A stretch of DNA of 64,000 bases. Source: a phage. A program made the translations under genes and the position numbers. The notes beneath the pieces are model-generated. The model was not told the DNA's origin. It searched no databases and saw only the letters and a list, made by a program, of their open reading frames with translations. Of the stretch, positions 1 through 11,096 are shown piece after piece (the first letter of the stretch is position 1; every line of letters begins with the position of its first letter). The stretch is from NCBI GenBank assembly GCA_032986305.1, contig GCA_032986305.1_3672.1. One strand, written 5' to 3'.

Positions 1-3000
1 GCGATGGTGAACGGTCTAGGTGCTAAATTATCAGTCATTGGGAATTTACAAAGGTCTGCTGCCCTAGTCACTGGTGAAGACCCTGTAGGGATAAACGAGG
101 ACTCACAAGATCCTAACTCAAACTGAGGTATTGCGACGTCAATCCAATCCCCTGCGGCGTGTTGAGAACCCTCCGGCGGGGCAATCTGGAACTGGCACCC
201 AATATTCATGTCAGAGGCCACTGCCTCAAACGTAGCAACAACCCTTATCCAAGCAGGTCCGGCTGTTTGCCATCTCTCAGCTTTTACTTTAATTCTCCCG
301 GCTGCACCACCTGTTGTTTTAACTTCAAGTGTTGACAGGTTAACATAGGCATCACCCTGGAATACTGTGGTGGATCCGTTATACATGTCGAATCTTACAC
401 GCAGTCTCTGGTGAGCTTTACCACCTCTTGCAATAATAGATCCAGTACAAAATTTCTCAGCACCTGTTACATCTGCACCTCGGGTGGCTGGAACTGTAGC
501 CAGGTTTAACGCCGTTGTTTCTACACCGGATACGTTGCTTACTGTAAATCTTGCACCTTTTGTGCCGTTGGTGTTTGTTACAGTGTTGCCGACCGTAATC
601 TGTGACTGGGCTCCCCATTTGCTCGGGTCTTCACTGTTAAGCATCAGATTTGTCCTTTGACCTTCAATGAGCAGACCATCTCTTTCGAAACGTGGTTGGT
701 TTGCCTGTGCAACAGCCATGACACCGCGCTTAGTGAAATATGTTGCTGTAGAAGGTCTGGAGAACACCATCTCACCTTCACCTAGTACAGGTTTTAGATT
801 AGAGGTTAAAGGCAACCACAGGTCAGGCATGACTGGGGCAGTTGTACTTTCTGGGAAGCTCGTTCTCTTCCAAGGGCTCCAGTTCATTCCGCTGCCAGTG
901 TTATTATAGTACCTTTCCCACGTTCCCCCAAGATACATTTTATATATCTGGACACAACCTGTACCTTCGTTGGCAGAGTTTCTAAGCACGATCAGCGTAC
1001 CAGCCATCTGCTGCCCTGGTGGGTAGTGTCTTTCCGCTGTGGCGTTGGCATTTGCCTCTTGATGGTAAATACCTTCGCGATCCGCTTTGTAATCGTTAAG
1101 GTCACTAGTCCCCAACCCTTGACCACGGTGCTGAATAACTTTGTTCCACGCTCTGTGGTTACCCTGCTCTATGGAACGGGTGTACAGCTGATCTAAACGA
1201 CCTGCCATCTGGAAAGCATAGTTTCCAGAAAACGCCACAGACAGACCGCCAACAACCATCGAACCTTCTGGCCCGTTGACGTTGCCAGCCATTATTTTGG
1301 ACGGATTATTATTTCCGAACTGGTTGTTCCAGTCTGCACCTGTGTGGCATACAAAACCACCAGGGGCCGAGAAAGTACCGTCTTTGTTGAAATTGTAGAA
1401 TCTGTGAGCGGAACCTACAACATCACGAACAATAACTTGACCAGCTTCTGGAGTAGACCTGAACTCTGCTTGGCCTTGGAGGCCAGCACCATTGCCGCAT
1501 TTAGAGGTAAACGTACCGTTAGTCAGGTCATCTGTCCCATCCGATGCGCACTGGAATCCTGCATTAGAGAATAACGCCTTTCTAGGACTGCCGTAGCACA
1601 AATAATCAATACCGTCTGCCCATAGCTCGACTTTTGGCATGTTCATTTTGCTCATCACCGCATAGCGTTCAGCAGTGCCTATATAGTGCCACTGTGTGCC
1701 GCCACCAGTGTAGAACCCAGAGGTACCTTTGAAGTCAACAATAGGTCTGGTGTTGGTATTGTTATCTCCAAGAACAGCCAGATTTAAATCTGCTGACTGG
1801 AGAGGTGCAACGAACTTAACACCGTCCTGATTGTTTGTTACAGAGCCAACTTGATAATCTTGCTCTCTGGTAAACACTTCGACAACATTTCTACTTGCGT
1901 ATATGCTGACAGGGAAAGCACGAGCCTCTGCATAGAAAGCAACATACTCTTGTTTACCCCTTGTCGGAGCAACCATCCCAAGAAGTGCTTTTTCATTTTG
2001 ATAGAAATTCACTACCCCGTAGAAAGAGTCCCCTCTATCTGTCCAACCGCCAGTTCTATAGTGGCACTGTAAGGTGGCGCAGTTCATAGGGTCACCGCCA
2101 GATGACGATCTGGTGACTAAGGTAATATCAGTGCCAGTTGCTGGAGCATAATACGGATCTGTTCTAACGATGATTGGGTAATATTTCCCATCTTCCATCC
2201 CTGCAGTTCTTGGCAGTGTTAAGAAATCTTTGACACCCGCAGCTATAGGAACTTTGAACAGATTCTGAGCATCTGCCAGGGTTGTAGCCCCTGTACCACC
2301 TGCAGCTTGAGGTAAAGGCTCCCACTTGGCCTTCCGGTTGTTATAAACACCCCACTCAAGCGTTCCTTCACCTTGCTCGTCCATACCGCCATCCCAGATG
2401 ACCATCTTGGCGGCTTTCTTAGATCCCCAGAAACCTCTTTCTGCTCCTGAACTGCGGATCCATTCTCCAAGTCCCCAGTTTGCCATCTGACCGTTCAGAT
2501 CACCAACCTGCATATATTTAGGACAATCTAAGACCCCATCCTCACGGAAACCTAAATATCTATGAGTTTCAGATCCTTTTGCACCTTTGTGCAGGTGGAT
2601 TGTTAACCACGCCCTATTGTCGTTTCTTACCTCGGAGTAGATCCTATAACCATGTTCAAGAACACCATCGGTGTTATATTTATCCCCATGGAGAATACCT
2701 GAAGCAGATTTAACATCTCCTGAGTATTGAGCTAAGTAAAGGTGCCCGAAAGCAGGGGAGTTGTTTTTACCAAGGCCGATATGAGATCTGAAGGTGTCAT
2801 CATTCCGAGGTCTGACCATCGGCTGCCATGCAGTCCACTGGTTTGTGTTGGCCTGATAGGTTCTCAAATACCAAACATCCACGTTAGAGAATGGATAGTA
2901 TTCCTGACGACAGCCTGTGCCACCGTTAGCATTGTTCTGCCAAACAATCAGGTGACCAGCACCAGAACCTGCAGGATAACCATTTGCCTCAGTTGCATTA

Positions 3001-4007
3001 GCAGTCATCGGCTGGTAGTATATGCCGTCCTGATTACCAGTCAAGTTATTGATATTGAAATTTTCCTCAAGGGCTGCACGTTGCTTATAGAAAGCACCGA
3101 TATTGATACGGACTCCAGCAGCATCTCTGGCTCCTGTACCGCCTTGCTCTATAGCAAGAGGTTGCCACGAGGCTGTTTGTTGGTTCCACATACCCCAACG
3201 ACCTGCTGCATCAAGCTGCAAGTACCCTGCCGTGTTTAAATCATCTCCGGCACGGATAACTGTTCTTGTTGGGTTGTTTGCCTCCAGGCGTTTAAATTCA
3301 TCACGAAGTGCTATTCTTTTTGTTGTTGCTACACCGTTGGTTACTGCAATGGTATACATGGCTCCAGAGGTAGCGCCACGGAAAACACCATCAACAGTCG
3401 TAGTATCACGACGAGATACCACACCGTTCAGAAATTTTTCACCAGCTGCTTCAGAAGGGTAGTTAGTAGTTCTTCCCTCTTCAATAACTGCAGGACCAAC
3501 AAAGTTGACAAGGTGAATAACATCACCTACAGTATGCACTGTACCAAAATCTACCCGCTGTGCAAGCGCTTTAGCATCGTTGGCTGTCTGAACCGTAACA
3601 TCCATTACATCCTGTACAGACTGCCCCTCGGCTGTCATGATCATAGATGCGCCAATGGTAGACTCCAGCTCCTCCCTTAAGGACGGGTCTGTATACACCA
3701 TCCATGCAGCGTCGGTGATCCCACCGTCAGAGTATGGTGAAGACAGTGCAGGAACAGTATGTGGAAATTCGCCTTTCCAACGCAGGTAGAGGTCTTCCTC
3801 TTCGAAGTAGGCAAAATCCATTGGGCCGTTTAACTTACCACCTTCCTTAAAGGAGATTACATGAGAAACAGTCCCATCCACATGGACAACATCGCCAATT
3901 TTTACACGACGGGTCAGGTCTGGTTGTTGAACAACCAGGTAATCATCCTCTGTCACTGCGGTAGTGGCAGGAAGAGATTCAATTCTGACAACTTTAATAT
4001 CAGCCAT
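1..4007 (-). CDS. large tail fibre/tailspike protein, 3'-truncated by window edge (at least ~1335 codons in window)
   Basis: ATG at 4007-4005 (reverse) with AGGAGA 6 nt upstream; spot translations in this frame (around 2030-2072 and 1-150) are stop-free and protein-like; absent from ORF track presumably because no stop lies inside the window; distal end of tail module. Confidence 0.5.
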   Translation of the reverse strand, partial: MADIKVVRIESLPATTAVTEDDYLVVQQPDLTRRVKIGDVVHVDGTVSHVISFKEGGKLNGPMDFAYFEEEDLYLRWKGEFPHTVPALSSPYSDGGITDAAWMVYTDPSLREELESTIGASMIMTAEGQSVQDVMDVTVQTANDAKALAQRVDFGTVHTVGDVIHLVNFVGPAVIEEGRTTNYPSEAAGEKFLNGVVSRRDTTTVDGVFRGATSGAMYTIAVTNGVATTKRIALRDEFKRLEANNPTRTVIRAGDDLNTAGYLQLDAAGRWGMWNQQTASWQPLAIEQGGTGARDAAGVRINIGAFYKQRAALEENFNINNLTGNQDGIYYQPMTANATEANGYPAGSGAGHLIVWQNNANGGTGCRQEYYPFSNVDVWYLRTYQANTNQWTAWQPMVRPRNDDTFRSHIGLGKNNSPAFGHLYLAQYSGDVKSASGILHGDKYNTDGVLEHGYRIYSEVRNDNRAWLTIHLHKGAKGSETHRYLGFREDGVLDCPKYMQVGDLNGQMANWGLGEWIRSSGAERGFWGSKKAAKMVIWDGGMDEQGEGTLEWGVYNNRKAKWEPLPQAAGGTGATTLADAQNLFKVPIAAGVKDFLTLPRTAGMEDGKYYPIIVRTDPYYAPATGTDITLVTRSSSGGDPMNCATLQCHYRTGGWTDRGDSFYGVVNFYQNEKALLGMVAPTRGKQEYVAFYAEARAFPVSIYASRNVVEVFTREQDYQVGSVTNNQDGVKFVAPLQSADLNLAVLGDNNTNTRPIVDFKGTSGFYTGGGTQWHYIGTAERYAVMSKMNMPKVELWADGIDYLCYGSPRKALFSNAGFQCASDGTDDLTNGTFTSKCGNGAGLQGQAEFRSTPEAGQVIVRDVVGSAHRFYNFNKDGTFSAPGGFVCHTGADWNNQFGNNNPSKIMAGNVNGPEGSMVVGGLSVAFSGNYAFQMAGRLDQLYTRSIEQGNHRAWNKVIQHRGQGLGTSDLNDYKADREGIYHQEANANATAERHYPPGQQMAGTLIVLRNSANEGTGCVQIYKMYLGGTWERYYNNTGSGMNWSPWKRTSFPESTTAPVMPDLWLPLTSNLKPVLGEGEMVFSRPSTATYFTKRGVMAVAQANQPRFERDGLLIEGQRTNLMLNSEDPSKWGAQSQITVGNTVTNTNGTKGARFTVSNVSGVETTALNLATVPATRGADVTGAEKFCTGSIIARGGKAHQRLRVRFDMYNGSTTVFQGDAYVNLSTLEVKTTGGAAGRIKVKAERWQTAGPAWIRVVATFEAVASDMNIGCQFQIAPPEGSQHAAGDWIDVAIPQFELGSCESSFIPTGSSPVTRAADLCKFPMTDNLAPRPFTI

Positions 4008-4042
4008 TCTTTCTCCTGAAAGGGGGCAAACAGCCCCCTATG

Positions 4043-6640
4043 TTAAAGGTACAATCCACGGTATTGAGCATAAAGTCCCAGACCGCGAAGGATTTCGCCA
4101 GAGTGATAGCCTACCGGATCAGAAACTGCCCAGCAGCCGTTTAAAACATTATCCCCGTTAATGAAGTGGTGCTTTTGCAGTAACTTCACACAGGCTTCTA
4201 CAACAATATCTATTTGAGGTATTGTCTCTGAATACCCGCACAGACCTAGCCAGCAGCAACCTGCAAGCCATTCACCTACCACCCACATCCTGTCCCCTCT
4301 GTCTTGATAAGAATATCCACCAGAGGTGTTAAAGTCTGTAGGTAGATTTCCTGAGTGAGAGGACTGGAATCTGTTGAGGAACCATGCCCATTTCTGGCAG
4401 AACAGGAACAGTCTTTCATCAACAGGTTCTTTATGTTTCTTAAGCTCATATAGTGTGCGACACGCAGCAACAAAGGCTCTTGATTGGAGTTTAGAGTTAT
4501 CTACCATCTCCCACCAACCAGTCAACCCCTCATTACCTCTCTGCCATACGTAGCGGGATGCAACTGGTCCTTCTGTTTTAAATGTGTTATTATACCAAAC
4601 TTGGGAGTCGTACATAAATCCAATCGTATTTGCCAATCTTTGACGATCTATGTTTTCCGCACCCATACAGTAGACTACCGGATATTGCATTCCGGGGTAG
4701 GGCCAATTTGGCCTTTCCTCTAGAAGATAATTTTCCTTATCTATCACCTTTCCGGCAGGGAACACACCTGGAGTGTGTCTGTATGCGCCTTGCTTGTAGT
4801 TTCTGACATAGCAATCACCAACCTTGGCTGTTGATTCTGTCTTGCTTGCCATCCATACACTAAACCAGATCAGATAAGCATCCCTATCTGCAACATAAAA
4901 TTGTGGCAGCGTGTTGACGCAATACAGATCGAACAAGCCATTGCCTATCTGCCTGTCGCTCAGATTGAAATCTACAGAGGTAATTCCTTTAGGGTTAGCA
5001 AAGAAAGGTTTAATCTCATCTTCTGTGTGATGAGGTTGTGTTGGGTCTAGTTTAAAATCACCTAGGGTAAGAGTTTCTGTTATCCATTGTCCATTAGTGG
5101 CATATAGATCAGCATACCATAACCAACGGTCTTTGTCAAGAAATTTGACCCTTATCATCTCATCATCTGATCGATAAGTTACTGAGTTTAAAGAAATCTC
5201 TCTTCCAAAATTGAAAGTTACCTTGCCTCTTGCTATGTTGCAACGGGTGAAGTTGTCGGAGTGGTTATAAATGTCGGTATCATACTGCATACTAACACTA
5301 GCGCCACCGCTTACGACAATGTTTTCCTCTTTTGGTAAGAGATACGGGTTACCATCTTTACCAACCACCTCTACGAAATCAGTAACCTTGGCAACTGTCT
5401 CTGTTACCTCTGCCCCTCCAAAAGGGACACCTATCCTATACTGTTTTTTGTTATTGTTGCCATCGTTAAGGATGAAGTGTGGCTGGAACAGAACCCCTTC
5501 TCCTCCGAAATTCATAACAATTTCAGCATCTCTGCCTATCTTGTATGTAGTCCCTTTTTGAATTATTTCGCAAGGCTGACGTGCGTTCATTCTAAAATTG
5601 ATATACCCGTCGCTGTCCCTGCTCATGACAGGAACTGTTCCTGCGACTAGACAAGTACCATCTGTGAACGGTGCCTTAATTAACGTGGTCTTTCTAAACA
5701 GTTTGTCGTAGGCATTTATATCGCTGAAATTAAGCAGCTTATTATAAGACTGCTTAAACGCGGTGTAATACTTTTCCTCACCTGTCAAGGTGTAGAGTTG
5801 ATAACAAGCGTCACACCACATTTCTTCCCCGTCCAACTCTGGGGCTTGATTGTCTGCAACCACGTTTATAGGATTTACAATTACAGGGGATCCAGCAGGT
5901 ATCACTGATCCACCCTGCTCTTGTGGCAATCTCACACAGTAGGTTACCTTGTGGCTGCCTGTAACACCCTTATCCTGCAGTTGGATTGTGCCGAACTCTA
6001 CAGACGTATGACCGCTGTCGGCTATGCTACCGTTAGCCCAATAGCGATTACCATCCCATGCTATATACCACTCAACCCACCAACTTAACCCAGATGTTGT
6101 CCAATTTGGGTTAGCATCTGTGCCGCCGTAAACATCAGAGTCTACAGTGTTTCTTCCTAGCACACCGTTATACGCTTGGAATGCCTTATCTAGGTATTCA
6201 CCCCATGTCGGAGATCCGGCTGGGATTTTTCCTCTACCATTGGTAAAAGACACCACTACATCTTTAAACCCGCCATGTGATGGAACCCCATCTGTGGATA
6301 ATGGGTAGTGGGACAATCTTTGCATTTTACTTTCTACTGCATAGGCACCCAGAAGATGACTGTTGTAGGCTTCCCAAGCTTCTTTGGCCCTATCTAGGTA
6401 AAAATCGCTTTTTGATGCCCTGTATGCCTCAATGTACCCCAGAATCAACACAGCCTGAGCTTCATGCATTGCCCAATCATTATTTATCTTACTTCCTGAC
6501 CAACCTGACGCTATAAGTCCATCCTGGTTTACCAGTTTGTTCTGCGTGGGGAGATTGGTAATGCCTGTGTTGTTATCGAGGCACTTCCTGTGCCCCTCAA
6601 TCATCTGAAATACGTTATCAATGTTGTGTTGAATACGCAT
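4043..6640 (-). CDS. tail fibre/tailspike protein (865 aa)
   Basis: long ORF with AGGAG RBS, directly downstream of baseplate genes; size and position typical of receptor-binding fibre. Confidence 0.5.
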   Translation of the reverse strand: MRIQHNIDNVFQMIEGHRKCLDNNTGITNLPTQNKLVNQDGLIASGWSGSKINNDWAMHEAQAVLILGYIEAYRASKSDFYLDRAKEAWEAYNSHLLGAYAVESKMQRLSHYPLSTDGVPSHGGFKDVVVSFTNGRGKIPAGSPTWGEYLDKAFQAYNGVLGRNTVDSDVYGGTDANPNWTTSGLSWWVEWYIAWDGNRYWANGSIADSGHTSVEFGTIQLQDKGVTGSHKVTYCVRLPQEQGGSVIPAGSPVIVNPINVVADNQAPELDGEEMWCDACYQLYTLTGEEKYYTAFKQSYNKLLNFSDINAYDKLFRKTTLIKAPFTDGTCLVAGTVPVMSRDSDGYINFRMNARQPCEIIQKGTTYKIGRDAEIVMNFGGEGVLFQPHFILNDGNNNKKQYRIGVPFGGAEVTETVAKVTDFVEVVGKDGNPYLLPKEENIVVSGGASVSMQYDTDIYNHSDNFTRCNIARGKVTFNFGREISLNSVTYRSDDEMIRVKFLDKDRWLWYADLYATNGQWITETLTLGDFKLDPTQPHHTEDEIKPFFANPKGITSVDFNLSDRQIGNGLFDLYCVNTLPQFYVADRDAYLIWFSVWMASKTESTAKVGDCYVRNYKQGAYRHTPGVFPAGKVIDKENYLLEERPNWPYPGMQYPVVYCMGAENIDRQRLANTIGFMYDSQVWYNNTFKTEGPVASRYVWQRGNEGLTGWWEMVDNSKLQSRAFVAACRTLYELKKHKEPVDERLFLFCQKWAWFLNRFQSSHSGNLPTDFNTSGGYSYQDRGDRMWVVGEWLAGCCWLGLCGYSETIPQIDIVVEACVKLLQKHHFINGDNVLNGCWAVSDPVGYHSGEILRGLGLYAQYRGLYL

Positions 6641-6641
6641 C

Positions 6642-7310
6642 TTAGATAGCTCCTGCTATAATCAGTGCCCCGTACCAAGTTAGCCCGTTGTCGTAGGTTT
6701 CTAACTTGAAAATATCTGTTGCACCAGCTGTAAATGTTAGGATAGGATCTCTTCCGTATGCCCATTTAACATTATCAGGCCAATAGACTTTGTTGCCTCC
6801 AGAGGTCTGAGTAATGCATACGGTTATAGTTCTCGCCACCCCTTCAAGGCCTTCTGTTTGATTTTCAAAAGAGATTGTGGTATTTGAAGTTAGTCGAACT
6901 TTAAAAGTGTCCGCAACTTCAAGATCCATATCAAGCTGACCACCAATAGATCCGTAATCAACTATTCTGCCAGAAGAAGTTGCAGCAAGCTCCCCAAAAA
7001 CAGACCAGGCTTTTGCAGACACACCCCCAGCACCCTCTACAGTAGAGTCTGGAAGGATTATTTTAGGATAATCCCCGTTCCACGTGTAGTAGCGCTTGGT
7101 CTCTGGGTCATAAGCAAAGTCCTTCTTGCTCTTAAGATAACCACCCTCTGTGAAATAGACTATTTTGGTAATGCTGAGATCGTTGACAACATCGTCAATC
7201 TTAGCCTTTCTTGTCCCATCAGTCTGATTGACAACCAAGAAGTCATCACTCAGGACTGTTTCTGCATCTTCAAGATCTGGAATTGGTATTGTAGGATAAG
7301 CTACAGCCAT
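6642..7310 (-). CDS. tail/baseplate-associated protein (222 aa)
   Basis: ORF tightly packed in tail module; no recognised motif. Confidence 0.35.
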   Translation of the reverse strand: MAVAYPTIPIPDLEDAETVLSDDFLVVNQTDGTRKAKIDDVVNDLSITKIVYFTEGGYLKSKKDFAYDPETKRYYTWNGDYPKIILPDSTVEGAGGVSAKAWSVFGELAATSSGRIVDYGSIGGQLDMDLEVADTFKVRLTSNTTISFENQTEGLEGVARTITVCITQTSGGNKVYWPDNVKWAYGRDPILTFTAGATDIFKLETYDNGLTWYGALIIAGAI

Positions 7311-7319
7311 GATTTCTCC

Positions 7320-8036
7320 TTAGTTAACATCAATAGCACGACCAGACTGGTTGGCAATAGCCTCATCATTAGAGGTAGCAATAACACCAGAGTATTCGCG
7401 CTCATCTGGAGCAAGCGTCCAGGTATTGCGGTTAATGGTTTGTTCTGCCTCGGTCATCAGCAGATCTTTATCCTGAGTCAACAGAGAGCCGACAGGGATC
7501 GGGTTTTCCATCTCAGGACCAGCATACTGGTTCCACCATGTGGCATCTCCGGTTCTAGGCAACCTGAAGTTGATCAGGTAATACAGTTTATTAGCCCACT
7601 TAATCCAACCTTCATCATCACATAGAGAGGTTGTCCCAGAATCAGGTTGTGGATAGGTAAACTGATCAAGACCTACGAAAGCAAGTCTTACAATCTCGTT
7701 CTCCTTGGTAACAACCTCAAAGAACGCTTGATATGTTCTCGATCTTCGATCCATGGTAGATTGGAAGTTTATGATGTTTAGCACATCCGGCTCTTGTCTT
7801 GCCACTTCCATAATCTTGTTATCAAGAACAGTCTTCATGACTTTCTTGCTAAGAAAGTCCATATAAGGGAAGCCAAACAATTCGTCAAAGTACCAGCTCC
7901 CTTTCCAGGTATTAAACCTCATCCACAGGCGCTGGCGCAGACTTACTTGGTTCGAGTCTATCAACTTAAGACCTTTGTCTATCGCCAAATCGCCTGTCTG
8001 TGGGTCCATCAATATATCACTATAAAGCGTAGCCAT
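7320..8036 (-). CDS. baseplate protein (238 aa)
   Basis: ORF in baseplate block; function from position only. Confidence 0.35.
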   Translation of the reverse strand: MATLYSDILMDPQTGDLAIDKGLKLIDSNQVSLRQRLWMRFNTWKGSWYFDELFGFPYMDFLSKKVMKTVLDNKIMEVARQEPDVLNIINFQSTMDRRSRTYQAFFEVVTKENEIVRLAFVGLDQFTYPQPDSGTTSLCDDEGWIKWANKLYYLINFRLPRTGDATWWNQYAGPEMENPIPVGSLLTQDKDLLMTEAEQTINRNTWTLAPDEREYSGVIATSNDEAIANQSGRAIDVN

Positions 8037-8048
8037 GCAAGCCCTCTA

Positions 8049-8726
8049 TTAGTGCGGTCCACTTGTCTCACCATCAGGGCAAGAGTGGGTATGACCTTTA
8101 TATTCTGCATAGAATGAGTCCAAATCCACACCAGCAGCAGTTATGATTCTGCCCGATGGGTCTATTGTGGCACCATTCATTCTAATATTTCCGTCCACAG
8201 CAGCTCGTAAATTGGCAGCTCCGTTGGTGAAAGAAAACTCCCCGCTGCTGTCGCACCGTAATGTCCCACCGGGTGTTTGAAGCTCAAAATCACCAGAAGG
8301 TGTAAGCTTAAAATAAACCCTATCATTCCATAACTCTACATTATCAGGATCGATCTGCAGAGCGTTAGAGTCTGAATGAACAGAGGTTATTGCCCACCCT
8401 GGAAACAGGCCGTGAGTTTGTTGATCATCATTATTGTTTTCATTTCTCTCTGAAAACTGCAATCCTACAACATCTCCAGCCTTAATAGGAAGTGTTAACC
8501 TTGCCTTCCCACTGTTTGCAGACATCACCTGGATTGGCACATCATAGATAAGAGGGTATCTCTCAACATCTCCGTCATCAAACGTGGTTTCAGCTATTGG
8601 CTGCACTGCTGCGGAGGGGATACTGTAATCTACACTGACAACTCTGGCCCTGATACTGGTGTGGTAGTCCCTCATTATTTTTTCTATAAAGGATCTTACA
8701 GCAGCATCTTTCCTATTTATTGCCAT
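8049..8726 (-). CDS. baseplate central spike protein, P2 gpV-like (tentative)
   Basis: 225 aa; C-terminal HxH motif (..GHTHSCPDG..) resembling the metal-binding apex of gpV-type spikes; position in baseplate block. Confidence 0.4.
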   Translation of the reverse strand: MAINRKDAAVRSFIEKIMRDYHTSIRARVVSVDYSIPSAAVQPIAETTFDDGDVERYPLIYDVPIQVMSANSGKARLTLPIKAGDVVGLQFSERNENNNDDQQTHGLFPGWAITSVHSDSNALQIDPDNVELWNDRVYFKLTPSGDFELQTPGGTLRCDSSGEFSFTNGAANLRAAVDGNIRMNGATIDPSGRIITAAGVDLDSFYAEYKGHTHSCPDGETSGPH

Positions 8727-9724
8727 TATACCTCCTCAGTTTTGTCAACAACTCCACCCACTGTTTCCCCAAGGCCAAGCTCTGTAGTGTAATCACCACC
8801 TTCTATGGTGCCCTTATGATGCACTGTGATCACCTTATAGAAGCCTGTGTACTGCCTGCTTTTAAGATAAATGGTGGACTCTGGGAGGATAGCTCCGTTG
8901 AGACATGTGGTTACAGTAAGACCAACATCCTCTCTCGGGTTTTTCTTTTTCTTACTTGTGCCACCTTTCGCAGCAGCTTTAGCTTTTCGTTTTTTAGCAG
9001 GTTCTGGGTTTTTAGGAGTAGGTGATCCGTGCATCCCAGATTCTGCACTTATTTCAAACACAGAATCCTTGAACCTTTTTCCAACCTTGGTCCAATACAA
9101 AGCCCCATCCTGAACGCTAAACGTCGAGTTGGTCAGCCTTGCAAACCTGCGGAGGTTCTCTGCAGTGTTTCCAGAGAAAGCCATAGAGTATTGCAAAGTC
9201 TGGTTTCCAAAACCAACAACCCTACCTTTTGGCAAGTTCATATCCTTCAGTAGGTCATTAAGCACAGAGTTCAGAGGTGTACCTTTCTGATAAGATCTTG
9301 TGCTTTGGCACTTAATGATGTTCTCAGTGCCATCCCCAAAGATGAACTTAGTTTTTCTGGTCGGGCCTTCCCATCTGTCCTCAACAAACTCTACAGTTCC
9401 AGAGAATATCAACTGGTTCTCATTATCATAGCCAGCCTCAAACATAACTGCAAGAGCATCAGCTTGATGCATATCTAGATAGTTAACTGTATCGTCAGAC
9501 AGGTTGTAAACTGTCACATAGCCTTTGTTTGGCTCTTTGGTATTGTCCTTTTGTATGTCAAACTCTATATTGGCAGCACCAGTGTCCGAACTAATCTCAT
9601 AAACTCCGGAATCACTCTCTCCTTTCTTTTCAACAGATTTTGGGATATTGGTTTTTGATTTACCGCCATGTTCTACAGGACGACCAAACAATAATCGCCA
9701 TGTTCTACGTCTGTACTCTGCCAT
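8726..9724 (-). CDS. baseplate/tail protein (332 aa)
   Basis: ORF with lysine-rich segment; position in tail module. Confidence 0.35.
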   Translation of the reverse strand: MAEYRRRTWRLLFGRPVEHGGKSKTNIPKSVEKKGESDSGVYEISSDTGAANIEFDIQKDNTKEPNKGYVTVYNLSDDTVNYLDMHQADALAVMFEAGYDNENQLIFSGTVEFVEDRWEGPTRKTKFIFGDGTENIIKCQSTRSYQKGTPLNSVLNDLLKDMNLPKGRVVGFGNQTLQYSMAFSGNTAENLRRFARLTNSTFSVQDGALYWTKVGKRFKDSVFEISAESGMHGSPTPKNPEPAKKRKAKAAAKGGTSKKKKNPREDVGLTVTTCLNGAILPESTIYLKSRQYTGFYKVITVHHKGTIEGGDYTTELGLGETVGGVVDKTEEV

Positions 9725-10104
9725 TATTCTAACCCTTGCTGTTCCTTGTAAAGATCAACTGGGGTACCGTATACAAGTTGCAGCTCAGACCTTGCTCCAA
9801 GGTTGTATCTTCCAACCCTTCCCCAATATTGATCGTCTTTAAACGACAGCACCATCAATCTACCTTTCGGTAAATCGTCTCTGTAATGCAGTCCGTCTAG
9901 AATATCTTGACAAGCTGTTACTTTTCTAGTTACTAAAGGGCTGTCACCTACCGGACCAAGAGATAACCACCAGGACTCATCCCTCTCATTCCATTGCATA
10001 CGCATTTCATACGTCTCATTGTCTAAAACAACACGCATGGTTTGATCAGGAAAGCCGTCAATGTCCCACACAAAGGTGATTATGCACCAATCTTTAAGTT
10101 CCAT
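9724..10104 (-). CDS. tail protein (126 aa)
   Basis: ORF, start overlaps upstream stop; position only. Confidence 0.35.
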   Translation of the reverse strand: MELKDWCIITFVWDIDGFPDQTMRVVLDNETYEMRMQWNERDESWWLSLGPVGDSPLVTRKVTACQDILDGLHYRDDLPKGRLMVLSFKDDQYWGRVGRYNLGARSELQLVYGTPVDLYKEQQGLE

Positions 10105-10117
10105 TACACGCTCCCCC

Positions 10118-11002
10118 TTATTTTCCGTTAACTTTGTTGTAGTTTCCCTGCTCAGATGGGACTATGGTAGAAGGTCTTCCATATTCCTGATAATACCAAT
10201 CAGCAGCAGATTGGGTAACACCGTTTTCATCCGTCCACATCATAGATTTGTATGGCTGCCACTCTTCTGCGGCATTTGTGGATGCAGTGTCTGCAAATGC
10301 CCCTGTGTCCCTCTTGTTACCTACGTTACTGCCATTCTTACAGTCGTTGACAGCACCTTTTTGCTGGGTCTTGCCTACTTTCTTAGGGTTGCTGTATACA
10401 GTTGCATTAACAACCTTGTTCAAGTAGAATGTGCGGAACTCTGTAAGTTCTACATCAAACACCATCGCAGCACCTTCACCAACAGACTTGTTGGCAGAAA
10501 GGCTGGTTATGATGTAGTTCTCAAGGAGTCTTTCCTCGGTAACCAAAGAAACCAACTGGCGCTTATTAATGATCTCAGTCAAAGCCTCCAGTGCAGCGCC
10601 CGGTCGCATAGATGCTGCAGGGTTTTTAGAGTCAGTATTCCTGTCAATGTAGTTTTGCTCATAGATTATATGTGGTGATGTATTTACCCTGCCAGTAAAA
10701 GAAAATACACCATCTTTAATTACAGCGTGGTCTGACAGGGTAGATTTATCTTCCACCGCAAAATCAGTCTTATCAACAGTATGTTTGAAAGAGTAGTTCT
10801 CAATCTGATCGAAGATGATGGCAAGATCGTTAGTAAAGTTTTTACCCTTCATCTCCGTATTGCGACCACCATAGTTAAGACCGCTGACAAACATAGTGTA
10901 CTTTACATCGCTTTCAGTTTGCTGTTCTGCCTTTTCAGCCTTTGGAGATTTAACCTCTTGAGGCTTGTACAGGTCTTTTTCATCAACTATATTGCTTGGC
11001 AT
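10118..11002 (-). CDS. tail protein (start moved to internal ATG with GGAGAGG RBS)
   Basis: ORF track 10118-11029; internal Met (MPSNIV..) has a better RBS. Confidence 0.35.
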   Translation of the reverse strand: MPSNIVDEKDLYKPQEVKSPKAEKAEQQTESDVKYTMFVSGLNYGGRNTEMKGKNFTNDLAIIFDQIENYSFKHTVDKTDFAVEDKSTLSDHAVIKDGVFSFTGRVNTSPHIIYEQNYIDRNTDSKNPAASMRPGAALEALTEIINKRQLVSLVTEERLLENYIITSLSANKSVGEGAAMVFDVELTEFRTFYLNKVVNATVYSNPKKVGKTQQKGAVNDCKNGSNVGNKRDTGAFADTASTNAAEEWQPYKSMMWTDENGVTQSAADWYYQEYGRPSTIVPSEQGNYNKVNGK

Positions 11003-11065
11003 AACCTCTCCAGGACACTCCGATACCATCTAAATATTGTATCATAAAATAGCCGTTTTTACAAC

Positions 11066-11096
11066 ACCGATAAAATAAAGGGGGCCGGAGCCCCCC
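11066..11096 (-). terminator. intrinsic terminator downstream of tape measure gene
   Basis: GC stem (GGGGG..CCCCC, 11080-11096) followed on the minus strand by a U-rich tract. Confidence 0.45.

Noticed and set aside
667-3462. Plus-strand ORFs of 65-165 aa in the first 4 kb of the ORF track
   Set aside because: They are antisense to a continuous minus-strand reading frame with a proper start and RBS at 4007; they lack RBSs and have low-complexity composition
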